From the IMG/VR virus record IMGVR_UViG_3300047322_001016: a stretch of DNA of 64,000 bases; one strand, 5' to 3'. Source of the DNA: an uncultured virus (IMG/VR IMGVR_UViG_3300047322_001016) (lineage: Duplodnaviria; Heunggongvirae; Uroviricota; Caudoviricetes). Below, piece by piece: positions 1 to 9,557 of the stretch. A model generated the notes under the pieces. That model saw nothing but the letters and a program-made list of their open reading frames with translations, was not told where the DNA came from and ran no database searches. Within the stretch, counting starts at the first letter, position 1; every line of letters begins with the position of its first letter. The translations under genes and the position numbers were made by a program.

Positions 1-231
1 CTCGAGTCTGCTCAGCCTGCCCCAGTCGCGGTCTCCTTCCCTGTGTTCCGCGTATTCGGTGACGGCCGTGGATGCGTTCGACGTGCATGCCCCGAGCGCC
101 AACTGGTCGAAAACAAGGGGCATCTTCGGCCGCAGGTCAACGTCGACCATGACCGGAGTTTGGGTGGCGAGGAAAAGCAGGTCTCTCGGGTCGGGAGAGT
201 CGCGTTTCCAGCCGTATGCGTGTTCGCTCAT
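1..231 (-). CDS. Papain-like C1 family cysteine peptidase, N-terminal part (runs off the window edge)
   Basis: Not in the ORF track. Minus-strand translation from ATG at 231: MSEHAYGWKRDSPDPRDLLF...VDLRPKMPLVFDQLALGACTSNA..., matching the YGWxxDxPDxRD / VDLR / DQxxxGxCxxNA motifs (oxyanion Gln, catalytic Cys) of bacterial C1A peptidases. Confidence 0.8.
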   Translation of the reverse strand, partial: MSEHAYGWKRDSPDPRDLLFLATQTPVMVDVDLRPKMPLVFDQLALGACTSNASTAVTEYAEHREGDRDWGRLSRLE

Positions 232-295
232 GCCCGTGATGATTGCAGCCGCCGCGGAAGCGATGTCACTCCGTATGGATAAAAACTGACATGAC

Positions 296-316
296 GTCCG
301 CTCCGTGTGCAATTCT
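296..316 (+). promoter_or_regulatory. Putative late promoter upstream of the capsid operon (GTCCGCT-N8-AATTCT)
   Basis: Same spacing motif recurs at 17674, 22420, 23153 and 53185. Confidence 0.45.
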
Positions 317-416
317 GTCGCGCAGTCGCACCGCGGGGCGGTAAGCGGCTAGCCGGGTCCAGGGGACTCTAGGCGCAATTTGTTTCCGCGTCTACGAATC
401 AGAAAGCGAGAACCCC

Positions 417-2177
417 ATGGACGACCCGCTGTTCCCCCCGCTGCCCGAATCCCTTGCCGATCTGTCCGACGATCAGCTTTCGTCGCTGCTCGACGAGCAT
501 CAGGTCGCGCTCGACAAGATCGAAGCCGACGACGAGGCCTACACGGCCGGGCTCGACGGCGACGAGATCATCGCCGCGCTCACGCTCGGCCTCGAGCAGA
601 TCAAGTCCCTGAAGGCGGCGCAGGCCCTTCGCGTCGAAGAGGCCATCGCCTTCAACACGAAGAAGCAGGAGCTTCTCGCGGCCGCCCGCGAAGAAGAGAA
701 GCCCGCCGAGGAAGAGGCCGTAGCCGCGGCCGACGAGACGACCGACGAGCTCGCCGCCGAGACCGAAGAGGGCGAAGGCGACGGAGACGGCGACGGTGGC
801 GAGGCCGAAGTGGCCGCAGCCGTCGAGCCGGAGCCCGCCCCGATCGTCGCGGACGCCGCGCCCGCACAGCGCTACCGCAAGGCGCCGCTGCCGGTCGTCG
901 CACGTGACCGGTCGCCCGCCCCGGAGAAGAGCCGCACCGTGCTCGTCGCGGCAGCCGGCGCACCGGGCGTGACGCCCGGCGTCGAGCTGGACAGGATCGG
1001 CCTCGCGAACGCGATGGTCGAGCACGTCAAGCGGATGCCCCGCCCGACCAAGCACGAGGGTGGCGTCGAAGAGAAGACGCTGATCGCGGCTGCGCACTTC
1101 GCGTTCCCGCCGGAGCGTGTGCTTCGCCCCAACGACGCGGAAGGCAACAACGCGAAGATCCGCTCGATCGGGAACCCGTTCCTGGGCGTCGAGGGTCGCA
1201 ACGCGCTCGTCGCGTCCGGCGGTCTCTGCGCCCCGCTGACCCCGTTCTACGACATCCCGGACTTCGCGGTCACCGACCGCCCCGTCCGTGACGCGCTGCC
1301 GTCGTTCCAGGCGGAGCGTGGTGGCATCTCGGTGCCGTCGGTGTCGACGATCGGCGACATCACGACGGCCATCTCGGTCATCGAGGAAGCGGACGACGCG
1401 GCTGGCGGAACGTTCGCCACCAAGTCCTGCCAGGACCTCGACTGCCCGGTGTGGACGGACGTCGCTGTCGGAGCGATCAGCCACTGCCGCGAGTACGGCA
1501 ACTTCAACTCGCGGGCGTGGCCGGAAGGGATCGCGCACGAGAACAACCTGACGATGGCGGCGCTTTCGCGCACCGCCGACGCCAGGCTCCTGAACCGCAT
1601 CAAGGCGCTGTCGATCAACGTCACGCAGGCCGCGATCGGCGCGCAGCTGAACATGTACGCGTCGCTCGTCTACGCGATCACCCGCATGGAGGCCGGCGTC
1701 CGCTACCGGCTGCGGCTGGAGCGTGGCACGCAGTACCGCGTGATCATGCCGGAGTGGGTCGCGGACGCGCTCGCGGCTGACTCGGCGGCAACGCAGTTCA
1801 CCCGCTGGGACGCTCAGGCTCAGATGGCGGCGCACCTTGCCAACATCGGGGTCACGATCGCCTGGTCGAAGGACACCGTCAACACGGGAACGTCGCAGGG
1901 CTTCGCCAACGAGACGGCGAGCGCGATCGACGACTTCCCCGACGACGTCCAGTTCCCGTTCTTCGTGGAGGGCGAGTTCCTCCATCTCGACTCGGGAGTG
2001 CTCGAGCTCGGCATCGTCCGCGACTCGACGCTCAACTCGACGAACGACTACCAGGTCTTCGGCGAGACGTTCGAGAACGTGGCGCGGATCGGTCCGACCC
2101 AGGGCGCGCTCTGGGCGACCGTGGACGTCTGCCCGTCGGGCGGCATGCCGAGCCTGATCTCCGGGCTGACCTGCTGA
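417..2177 (+). CDS. Major capsid protein with acidic N-terminal scaffold-like extension
   Basis: 586 aa; acidic coiled-coil N-terminus; ALVASGGLCAP motif and C-terminal LELGIVRDSTLNSTNDYQVFGETFE typical of actinophage major capsid (hexamer-type) proteins. Confidence 0.85.
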   Translation: MDDPLFPPLPESLADLSDDQLSSLLDEHQVALDKIEADDEAYTAGLDGDEIIAALTLGLEQIKSLKAAQALRVEEAIAFNTKKQELLAAAREEEKPAEEEAVAAADETTDELAAETEEGEGDGDGDGGEAEVAAAVEPEPAPIVADAAPAQRYRKAPLPVVARDRSPAPEKSRTVLVAAAGAPGVTPGVELDRIGLANAMVEHVKRMPRPTKHEGGVEEKTLIAAAHFAFPPERVLRPNDAEGNNAKIRSIGNPFLGVEGRNALVASGGLCAPLTPFYDIPDFAVTDRPVRDALPSFQAERGGISVPSVSTIGDITTAISVIEEADDAAGGTFATKSCQDLDCPVWTDVAVGAISHCREYGNFNSRAWPEGIAHENNLTMAALSRTADARLLNRIKALSINVTQAAIGAQLNMYASLVYAITRMEAGVRYRLRLERGTQYRVIMPEWVADALAADSAATQFTRWDAQAQMAAHLANIGVTIAWSKDTVNTGTSQGFANETASAIDDFPDDVQFPFFVEGEFLHLDSGVLELGIVRDSTLNSTNDYQVFGETFENVARIGPTQGALWATVDVCPSGGMPSLISGLTC

Positions 2178-2222
2178 TCGAAGGAATAGGCGAATGAAGG
2201 ACAACGGGAAGGGAGTTCGGCG

Positions 2223-3152
2223 ATGACCAGCATGGTGACCTTCGGTCCCCCTGTGGTTCTCAACGGACCCCTTCCCGTTGCTCCTGCCCGCTCTCTCCTG
2301 AAGGCCCCTGGTGTTCTCCAGACCGACAAGGTGCTCGACCCGGAAACAGGAGAGCTTGTCGACAGGATCATCCTTGACGCCGCCGGGAACCCGATCAGGA
2401 CTGACCGGTGGATGAACGGTGTCGCGGTCTACGGCTACCCGGACTCTTTGCCCGACGTGTGGGAGCCGTGCGAGACCGGCACGTTCGCGGTGAAGTCGGA
2501 CGAGTCGTCGTTCCAGACGCCCGACTTCGGCGCGTTCGTGGCGTACATCCCGATCACGTGCTCGTCGTTTTCGCTTGCGAGCGACCCGGAAGGGTTCGCG
2601 GAGAGAGCCGAGATCGCGTTGGACGCGAGGATCTCATATGCCGTCGAGCATGCGCTCGCGGCCGGCATCCCTCTTCCGTCGTCGAACCCGTACCTGGCGG
2701 ACGCCAACGTCGATGTTCTCGGCAGCGGCGCCGCGCAGTCTCCCTACGCGGCCCTCTCGTATCTGGAGGAAGCGATCGGGCAGACAGGGCAGCAAGGAAT
2801 GATCCACGCGACACCGGGTGCGGTGTCGAGCTGGTTCACGACGTTCCCGATGTCGGAGAACACAAGCCCGCTCTACACGACGGCGGGAACGCCGGTGTCG
2901 TCGGGCGGAGGTTACGCCGGGGCGACGCCGTTCGGGGAGTCCTCCGCCGCAGCAGGCCAGTCGTGGGCGTTCGCGACAGGCCCCGTCCGGGTTTGGCTCG
3001 CGGACGAGCCGACCCTCGACATCAAAGACGTCCTCGACCGGCAGGACAACAACGTCACGTTCCGCGCCGAGAAGTACGCGCTCGTGGAATGGGACACGTC
3101 TTTGCAGGCGGCCGTCCTCGTCGACTGGGGAGCGTGCCCGTGTCCTTCCTGA
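2223..3152 (+). CDS. Second capsid protein (pentamer-type / minor capsid)
   Basis: 309 aa directly after the MCP; RWMNGV, GMIHA, GGGY, ATGPV and DRQDN...RAEK motifs as in the capsid partner gene of actinophages with this MCP type. Confidence 0.65.
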   Translation: MTSMVTFGPPVVLNGPLPVAPARSLLKAPGVLQTDKVLDPETGELVDRIILDAAGNPIRTDRWMNGVAVYGYPDSLPDVWEPCETGTFAVKSDESSFQTPDFGAFVAYIPITCSSFSLASDPEGFAERAEIALDARISYAVEHALAAGIPLPSSNPYLADANVDVLGSGAAQSPYAALSYLEEAIGQTGQQGMIHATPGAVSSWFTTFPMSENTSPLYTTAGTPVSSGGGYAGATPFGESSAAAGQSWAFATGPVRVWLADEPTLDIKDVLDRQDNNVTFRAEKYALVEWDTSLQAAVLVDWGACPCPS

Positions 3153-3262
3153 CCAAGTTCCCACAGATCCGTCGGCGGCGAGACGGTGCTTCACGCTCGA
3201 CAGCCGCGACCAAGCTCGCCGTCCGGTGGGCGTACACGTCTATTCCTGAAGGAGGGTACTAG

Positions 3263-3940
3263 ATGGCAGCTCCTTGTGGTGTGCCTTTGGGCCTCTGTGC
3301 CCTCAGAATCACTCGCCTTGTTGCTACGACAGGCTGTGTCGCGGCTGAGCCCGACAACAGCTTCGTCACCACGGACCTGATCTCGCTGCAGCTGACGCCG
3401 GTGATCGAGGCCGGCGCCGACACGACCCTGACGGGTGGCTGCGACTGCGTGATCGCGTCGTACCGCGGAACCGACAAGCTGAAGCGGTTCGACTTCACCA
3501 TCACCAACCCGAAGCTGTCGCCGGCTCTGTACGAAATGATGATCGGCGGCGGCCTGATCAGCGACACCACCGTCCCGGTCGGCACGACCTGGCCGGCAGA
3601 GCTCGAGTGCGGCGACACGCAGTCCGCCGTCGCGATCGAGTTCTGGATCAAGCACTGGAACGGAAGCTCCCAGGACGCCACCTACCCGTGGATCCACCAC
3701 GTGTATCCGCAGACGCTGTGGCAGATCGGTCAGCAGCAGTTCCAGAACGACTTCGCGCAGCCCACGCTCACCGGGTTCTCGCGAAGCAACACCTGCTGGG
3801 GCGACGGGCCCTACGGGGACGGTCCTGAGGCCGAGTACGGCAGTCCCGTCGACATTTCCAACGGCGGTTTCTACTACACCGCCGAAGACCCGCCGGCCGA
3901 CACGGCCTGCGACTACGCCGACGTTGTCCCGTCGAGCTGA
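3263..3940 (+). CDS. Major tail (tube) protein
   Basis: Strong RBS (GAAGGAGGG); ALRITRL..GC N-terminus, AIEFW and WGDGPY motifs of actinophage tail tubes. Confidence 0.75.
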   Translation: MAAPCGVPLGLCALRITRLVATTGCVAAEPDNSFVTTDLISLQLTPVIEAGADTTLTGGCDCVIASYRGTDKLKRFDFTITNPKLSPALYEMMIGGGLISDTTVPVGTTWPAELECGDTQSAVAIEFWIKHWNGSSQDATYPWIHHVYPQTLWQIGQQQFQNDFAQPTLTGFSRSNTCWGDGPYGDGPEAEYGSPVDISNGGFYYTAEDPPADTACDYADVVPSS

Positions 3941-3956
3941 AAGAAGGAGGTAGGTA

Positions 3957-4469
3957 ATGGCAGCAAAGACATACGGGGTTACGAACGGCGCAGCCCCGGG
4001 TGCGGCAGCGGCGGTCCCGATCACGACGGGAACGGCCATCAAGACGCACATCCAGATCGCGACGAACACGACCACACCGGCGATCCGTTTCGTCGAGTGG
4101 TGGGCCGAGTTCGACGGTTCCACCGCGGCAACCCCGATCAAGGTCGAGCTCATCCGTCACACGGGTGGCCCTCAGACGACCCTGACCGCGTACGCCGCGA
4201 CCGACATCGCCAAGTTCAACGATCCGAACGCTCCGGCGTCCTCGGTCCAGTTGGGCACGGCCCTGTCGGGCTTCTCGAACACGACGACCGAGGTCACCCC
4301 GACCACGGCCGTCTCGCTCGAGACGCACTTCGTGCCGCCGACGTCCGGGATCTACGTCCAGTTCCCGCTCGGACGCGAGCCCGAGATCCAGACGTCCGCG
4401 TTCGCGCGTCTGCGCACAACGGCAGGCGCCGCCGTGAACGCATACGGCGGGCTCGTCTGGGAGGAATAA
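3957..4469 (+). CDS. Putative virion structural protein (beta-rich)
   Basis: Strong RBS (AAGGAGG); Thr/Ala-rich 170 aa; co-transcribed with the tail tube. Confidence 0.55.
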   Translation: MAAKTYGVTNGAAPGAAAAVPITTGTAIKTHIQIATNTTTPAIRFVEWWAEFDGSTAATPIKVELIRHTGGPQTTLTAYAATDIAKFNDPNAPASSVQLGTALSGFSNTTTEVTPTTAVSLETHFVPPTSGIYVQFPLGREPEIQTSAFARLRTTAGAAVNAYGGLVWEE

Positions 4470-4505
4470 CGGCCAGGCGGATTCGTCCGTCTTCTGTTCG
4501 ACTTT

Positions 4506-4530
4506 GGGGCCTTCGGGCCCCTTCGTCGTT
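4506..4530 (+). terminator. Intrinsic terminator hairpin
   Basis: GGGGCC-TTCG-GGCCCC perfect stem with cUUCGg loop, followed by TTCGTCGTTT. Confidence 0.65.
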
Positions 4531-4601
4531 TACGTGCGGAAACGCGGCAGATCCGTCCTTAGCGTGATTTATGCTCAAGGCCGACTGCGAAAGGCGGAGA
4601 C

Positions 4602-5816
4602 ATGAGCGATCTACCGCTTCACGTCATCTCGGAAACAAACACAACGATCACGCTGGGATGGGTTTCGCCGGCGGGGTGCCGCGGCTACATTTTCGACGCG
4701 AACGGGAAGAGATCTTCGACGCTCGATCCCGCCCGATCATCGGTCAAGTTTGCGAAGCCCGGCCCATACCATGTTGAAGCACTGGGGACGCTCGCGACCG
4801 GAGACTATCCGCCCCCAACGCCCGTGGGGCCAAAGCTGATCTGGTCACCCCCGGGGCTCACTGTCGGAGCAGACCCGACGAACCCGAATAGTTTCCCGGG
4901 CTACACCGTCATTGACTTGCCTCCGATGGGAACGATTCGTGACTGCGGTGGCAAAAACGTGTGGGTGCGTCCGGCCGCGTTCACTGCGACTGAGCATGGC
5001 GTCAAAGACGCACGGACGCCATGGGGGTTTTCGAACTACGCCAACCTGGTCGCGGTCGGATCCACCTTCAACGTGTTGAACGACGCGAACGAAGGCGACT
5101 TCGCTATGCAACTCGCAGGCGGAACACCGTCCTCGGTTGCGTACTTCGAAGGTTGGGACATCCGCACCGTGAACGCCTGGACGATCCGGAACGCCGGCAC
5201 TCTGATCGTGCAGAACTGCCGAGCTCAGGTTTCGACGTATCCGCATAATGCTTCAGCCGACCATTCCTCAACGCATCCGGATGTGATTCAAATCTGGAAC
5301 GACGAGTCAGGCGCGAATGGCCACCCAAAGGTCAAGATCCATAGGCTGTCGGCGTTCTCCGACATGACGTTCTGGTCGCAGCTCGAGAACTACGTGGCTT
5401 CGTGGGAAGCGCACCAGTGCAACCTGAAGGGCCTGCCGGATTCGCAGGACACACGGGTCGGCGGCGACATGATGTACCCGTGGGGCTACGACCACGCAGC
5501 GTGCAAGTTCACGCTCTCCGAGATTTACTGGGAGCCGACGGGTCCATATCGGAACCTCGACAATCACGTCGGCTACGACTCCGGCGGCAATACCTGCACC
5601 ATTCATGACGCCAGCGGCCAGCACCCTGACTACAAGAAGGTTCCCGGCTCCCCTGATTGTCCTTGGGCGACAGAGCAGGGAGACACGATCACCTTCACCA
5701 AGACAGGGGAAGGGCTATTCGGGCAGACGGTGATCGCCGGCCCGCCGCCTGCTGGTGATTTTGTTCCCGCGGGTTCGGTTGGGCTCGGATACACGAGTCC
5801 CGGCTACCAGCCCTAG
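4602..5816 (+). CDS. FN3-like domain + Pro linker + putative beta-helix carbohydrate-active domain
   Basis: N-terminal ~70 aa paralogous to that of 19948..21168; YPPPTP linker; HPDVIQ motif reminiscent of pectate-lyase-like beta-helix proteins. Confidence 0.5.
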   Translation: MSDLPLHVISETNTTITLGWVSPAGCRGYIFDANGKRSSTLDPARSSVKFAKPGPYHVEALGTLATGDYPPPTPVGPKLIWSPPGLTVGADPTNPNSFPGYTVIDLPPMGTIRDCGGKNVWVRPAAFTATEHGVKDARTPWGFSNYANLVAVGSTFNVLNDANEGDFAMQLAGGTPSSVAYFEGWDIRTVNAWTIRNAGTLIVQNCRAQVSTYPHNASADHSSTHPDVIQIWNDESGANGHPKVKIHRLSAFSDMTFWSQLENYVASWEAHQCNLKGLPDSQDTRVGGDMMYPWGYDHAACKFTLSEIYWEPTGPYRNLDNHVGYDSGGNTCTIHDASGQHPDYKKVPGSPDCPWATEQGDTITFTKTGEGLFGQTVIAGPPPAGDFVPAGSVGLGYTSPGYQP

Positions 5817-5821
5817 GAGGC

Positions 5822-6448
5822 TTACTTCTTGGCGTCGCTGCGGGCCGTGCTGGCGACGCGGATGATCTCGTCGATCCTGGCGTCGTTCGCGGCGTCCGTG
5901 TGCACTTTCAGGTCTCTCGCCATCTGCACCACGCGCGAGCAGGCACCGTCGAGAAGCTCGACGCGGTACTCGTAGTCGAGCAACGGCGTCTCGAGGGTGT
6001 GGGTGTAGGGCGCCCCGGAGAGCGTGTCGGTGGGTGCGCGCTTCAGCAGCTCGTCGCCGATGAAGTTCCCGACGCCGCGGACGGCGCGCTTGATGTAGCT
6101 GTCGCGCAAGTAGACGTTCAGCTTGTAGGCGTACCACGGGTCGAAGCCGCGGGCCTCGAAAAGGGTGCGGGCCCGCTGGACGTTGTAGTCGGGATCGGCG
6201 AACAGCTTCTTCTCTTCGTCGGAGCCGATCTTGAGGGCGGGAATGTTGATCTGGAACAGGCCGCAGTCGCGGGACAGGACGTTGCCGTCCGCGTCTTTGT
6301 TGTCGTTGTAGGCTCCCTGGTAGCCCTGCGATTCGGAGAGGCAGACCGCGATGATCGTGACCAGGTTGACCGCTTCCGTCCAGCCGTTGTCATAACACAG
6401 CTTGGCTAGGTCTCGAGGCTGCCACTGTTTGCCGAGCAGGAATCCCAT
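5822..6448 (-). CDS. Lysozyme-like / SLT transglycosylase
   Basis: AVCLSES (catalytic Glu), DCGLFQIN, LFADPDYN and FDPW motifs; leaderless start (TAAAGT-N6-ATG). Confidence 0.75.
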   Translation of the reverse strand: MGFLLGKQWQPRDLAKLCYDNGWTEAVNLVTIIAVCLSESQGYQGAYNDNKDADGNVLSRDCGLFQINIPALKIGSDEEKKLFADPDYNVQRARTLFEARGFDPWYAYKLNVYLRDSYIKRAVRGVGNFIGDELLKRAPTDTLSGAPYTHTLETPLLDYEYRVELLDGACSRVVQMARDLKVHTDAANDARIDEIIRVASTARSDAKK

Positions 6449-6822
6449 GGGCGCACTTTACACCTTCGTCCTCTGGTGTCACACTCGGCCGTGTGGCGCT
6501 AGAACCCGTTGAACTGCGAGTGTGGCTTGAGCAGCGTGGCGTCGACTGGCGGTCAGTCCCGCTTGTCGCAGCCGATGATGTCGGCGCGTCAGGCGGTGTC
6601 TGCTCTCCGTTGCCTCAGTACGCGGCCGTTACGGAGCCGTGGGCGTTCCCGACGATCGCCGACAAGTCTCCCGAAGCCACGATTGTTGTGCGGCGCCCGG
6701 ATCTTGCTCAGGGCAGACCAACCCTTGGCGCCGAACACGAAGGCGTTTCGGCTTTCGGCCGTTCCGTCCGACCCAAGAGAGTTCCTTGGATGAACGACTG
6801 GTAGGTATATACTCGCCGGACG

Positions 6823-7179
6823 ATGGGATCCCCTATTGGCCGCCTGGCCGAAGACGCGCAGGAGCGAGCCAAGTTCTACCTCACCGTGAACAAGGACGAC
6901 CTGGACGGCACCGACGCGCAGAACCTCGCGCGGCTCGTCGCCGCCGAACTCCCGGACGTGACGGACGGGAAGTGCGGCACGTGTCTTCACTGGATACGAC
7001 GAGACGGAGATTACAAGTCGAGCCACGAGTTCCATCGTTGCGACTCGCCGAGGTTCGCGCTCGGATACAACGTCGACATCTCGAAGCTCGCTCCCAACCA
7101 AGTTCATGTCGAGGACGACGAAGGATGGGGGTTCTTCACTGGGCCCGAGTTCGGATGCGTCCACTGGGAGAAAGCATGA
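6823..7179 (+). CDS. Hypothetical Cys-containing phage protein
   Basis: CGTCLHW and TGPEFGCVHW motifs; TATACT -10 box upstream. Confidence 0.5.
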   Translation: MGSPIGRLAEDAQERAKFYLTVNKDDLDGTDAQNLARLVAAELPDVTDGKCGTCLHWIRRDGDYKSSHEFHRCDSPRFALGYNVDISKLAPNQVHVEDDEGWGFFTGPEFGCVHWEKA

Positions 7180-7539
7180 TCCGCCGTTGGTGGCGCCGGC
7201 TTCGCTGCGACCATCCTGAATGGATCAACCACCATCTCGGTGTTCGCGAGTGCGCGTCCTGCGGCAAGGTAGAGATCGCGCCGGGCCCGCGCTGATGCCT
7301 GACATGGACGCGAACATCTGGGTTGACGGCTGGTTCCTTGGCGGCTGGGAATGGGACGACGAATGACCGACGAAGAACAGGCGCCCGAGTTCGTCGACGA
7401 GAACGGGAACCCGCGCGCGCCCACCAACACCGATCTGCTGGCCGTGATCAAAGAACTCGAAAAGAAGGTCGACTACCTGACGACGCTCGTCGACGACGGC
7501 TACGGATGCCGGTACGGCAACGACTACTGAGAGGAAACC

Positions 7540-8439
7540 ATGCCCGACGTGAACGTGTCCAACCCGCTTGCCGTGCCGTACCGGACGGGTGCCTACCTGA
7601 TCTCGGACGAAGGCCCCGACAACTTCCGCACGGCGATGACGCTGGCCGACAATCCGTACCGGGCGTCGGGAAGCCACCAGCTCGGGATCGCGGACTTCGC
7701 GAGGATCTTCGCCCCTGTCGTCTCGACCTACGCGCCCTCCAAGATTTGGCTTGTTGATCTGCGCGAAGAAAGCCACTGCTACTTCAACGGCAACCCGGTG
7801 TCGTGGTATGCCGATAACGACTTCGGCAACGTCGGCCAGAGCGAGCATTGGATTCGGCGGTACGAGGAAGCGATGGTCGATCTTCACCACGACCGTACGG
7901 TGCAGCTGTTCACGATCGAAGACGACGCCGGCGACGACCTCGACCAGGAGCGCGTGCTGCCAGTGAGCTACACGAACATCTCGGTCGGTTCCACCCGAAC
8001 CGAAGAGGAAGTGGCAGGAGTCCTCGACTCGGTGTTCAAGCCGACGTCCGTCGGCTACGCCCGCATCCCTGTGACCGACCACTGCGCCCCGTCGCACGAA
8101 GCTCTCAGCAAGCTGATGAGCTTCGTGTCGGGTGTCAGGCCGAACGACTGGGTTCACTTCCACTGCCACGGCGGCGACGGGCGCACCAGCACGTTCCTGG
8201 CGTTGTACGACATCATCTGCTGGAAGAAAGCAGGCGGCACGCTCCCGGCTTTGGAAGAGTTCGCCGCGCGCCAGTGCCAGCTGTTCTCCTACTGCCTCGA
8301 CCCGGCCGGCTGCGACAGCGGCTGCGGCAAACCTCCGAAGCCGTGGCAGCTTCCGCTGGCGCAAGCACGATGGGCAGTCATGGCAGACTTCCTCGCAGGC
8401 AAGGCCCCCAAGCGCCCTGACACGTTCACAGGCTCCTGA
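7540..8439 (+). CDS. Protein-tyrosine-phosphatase-like phytase (myo-inositol polyphosphate phosphatase)
   Basis: ASGS, DLREESH, PVTDH general-acid loop and P-loop HFHCHGGDGRT, all hallmarks of PTP-like phytases. Confidence 0.85.
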   Translation: MPDVNVSNPLAVPYRTGAYLISDEGPDNFRTAMTLADNPYRASGSHQLGIADFARIFAPVVSTYAPSKIWLVDLREESHCYFNGNPVSWYADNDFGNVGQSEHWIRRYEEAMVDLHHDRTVQLFTIEDDAGDDLDQERVLPVSYTNISVGSTRTEEEVAGVLDSVFKPTSVGYARIPVTDHCAPSHEALSKLMSFVSGVRPNDWVHFHCHGGDGRTSTFLALYDIICWKKAGGTLPALEEFAARQCQLFSYCLDPAGCDSGCGKPPKPWQLPLAQARWAVMADFLAGKAPKRPDTFTGS

Positions 8440-8441
8440 AG

Positions 8442-9092
8442 GTGGCGGGGTACATCGGTGTGGCCTGCGCCGAGACAGGCCGGTACAGCGCGTTCAGCGA
8501 AGCGCTGGCGCGTCTCGAGAAGCCCGAGGGAACGCAGGTGGCGTTCGCGAAAGGATCCGACCGTGAGCTGGCGCGCAACGTCCTCGTCCGCGACATGCTC
8601 TCCAACCCGGACTACGAGTGGATGCTGTTCGTCGACGACGACCAGGTCTTCGCCGAAGATCTTCTCGCCCGGCTTCTCTTGCACGAAAAGCTCGACATCG
8701 TCGGAGGGATCTACCTGCGCCGCGATGTGCCGTTCTCGCCGATCGCCTACGAAGCCGTCACCGAGCAAGGACAGTTCGTGCCGCTCGACATGAAACAGCA
8801 CGCCCACGACGCGGTCGTGGAAGTGAAGGCCGCCGGCACCGGCGCAATGCTTGTTCGCCGCCGCGTGTTCGAGACGATGGCTGACCCGTGGTTTATCCGT
8901 TCCGACAAGGGCACGGAGGACATGCTGTTCTGCCTGAAAGCGCGGCTGGAGCACAAGTTCTCCGTGTACGTCGACCTTGGCGTCCGGGTGGGGCACATGA
9001 CGATCGCGACGGTGTGGCCGTCGACGGGCGAGGACGGTGAGTGGGCCGCCGGGTTCCAGATCAGCGACTTCGACTTCATGGCGAAGATGTAG
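8442..9092 (+). CDS. GT2-like (GT-A fold) glycosyltransferase, paralog 1
   Basis: ARN, LFVDDDQ, AAGTGAMLVRR, EDMLFC and GH motifs. Confidence 0.8.
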   Translation: MAGYIGVACAETGRYSAFSEALARLEKPEGTQVAFAKGSDRELARNVLVRDMLSNPDYEWMLFVDDDQVFAEDLLARLLLHEKLDIVGGIYLRRDVPFSPIAYEAVTEQGQFVPLDMKQHAHDAVVEVKAAGTGAMLVRRRVFETMADPWFIRSDKGTEDMLFCLKARLEHKFSVYVDLGVRVGHMTIATVWPSTGEDGEWAAGFQISDFDFMAKM

Positions 9093-9101
9093 GATCGTCC
9101 G

Positions 9102-9332
9102 ATGCCTTGGAGTTCGATCAGCGAAGCCCGCGAAACCGTCGCGACAGCGAAAAGCGTTCGGCTGATGTGCCCTCACTGCAATGGCCACGTCCACGTCATG
9201 GTTCCTTGGAACGCTGACTACATACAGAGACAGCGTCTGATCTCGGCCGCGATCAACGAGCACCGCGTCATCTGCACCGGCGCGGACGCAACCGAGGGCC
9301 GCGTCTACACCATCGAATACCCGCGCCTGTGA
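9102..9332 (+). CDS. Small CxxC-containing hypothetical protein
   Basis: CPHC plus HxxxC; leaderless start TAGGAT-N6-ATG. Confidence 0.5.
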   Translation: MPWSSISEARETVATAKSVRLMCPHCNGHVHVMVPWNADYIQRQRLISAAINEHRVICTGADATEGRVYTIEYPRL

Positions 9333-9340
9333 AGCCCCGT

Positions 9341-9362
9341 TAGCTCCGGAATTCCGGAGCTA
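9341..9362. repeat. 22-bp perfect palindrome TAGCTCCGGAATTCCGGAGCTA (copy 1 of dispersed motif)
   Basis: Read directly; lies at a convergent gene junction. Confidence 0.9.
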
Positions 9363-9557
9363 CTTTTCGGCGGACGGGTCGACGGGCGGGCTGGCGTTGG
9401 CTTTGAACAGGCCCGCGAAATACGCAGCCAACACATCGAACGCTTCCGCGGACGTACCTCCTGCCGCGATGACGCCCCGGTACGTCGTCAGGCCAAGCGC
9501 ACCGAGGTCGCCGAGCGCCTTGTCGCTCTCGATGTCGTCCATCGGGTTGTCGCTCAT
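9360..9557 (-). CDS. Small hypothetical protein
   Basis: 65 aa ORF coupled (ATGA overlap) to 9554..10249. Confidence 0.5.
   Translation of the reverse strand: MSDNPMDDIESDKALGDLGALGLTTYRGVIAAGGTSAEAFDVLAAYFAGLFKANASPPVDPSAEK

Noticed and set aside
43..289. Plus-strand ORFs 43..282 and 59..289
   Set aside because: The opposite strand encodes a clear C1 peptidase N-terminus
348..357. GCTAGCCGGG shared with 23380..23389 upstream of the giant gene
   Set aside because: Only two copies of a GC-rich 10-mer; not enough to call a motif
399..2204. Long antisense or alternate-frame ORFs (e.g. 399..2204-, 19912..21822-, 28318..30945-, 52031..53362+, 61150..62301+)
   Set aside because: Shadow ORFs expected in high-GC DNA opposite well-supported genes; Arg-rich translations without motifs or RBS
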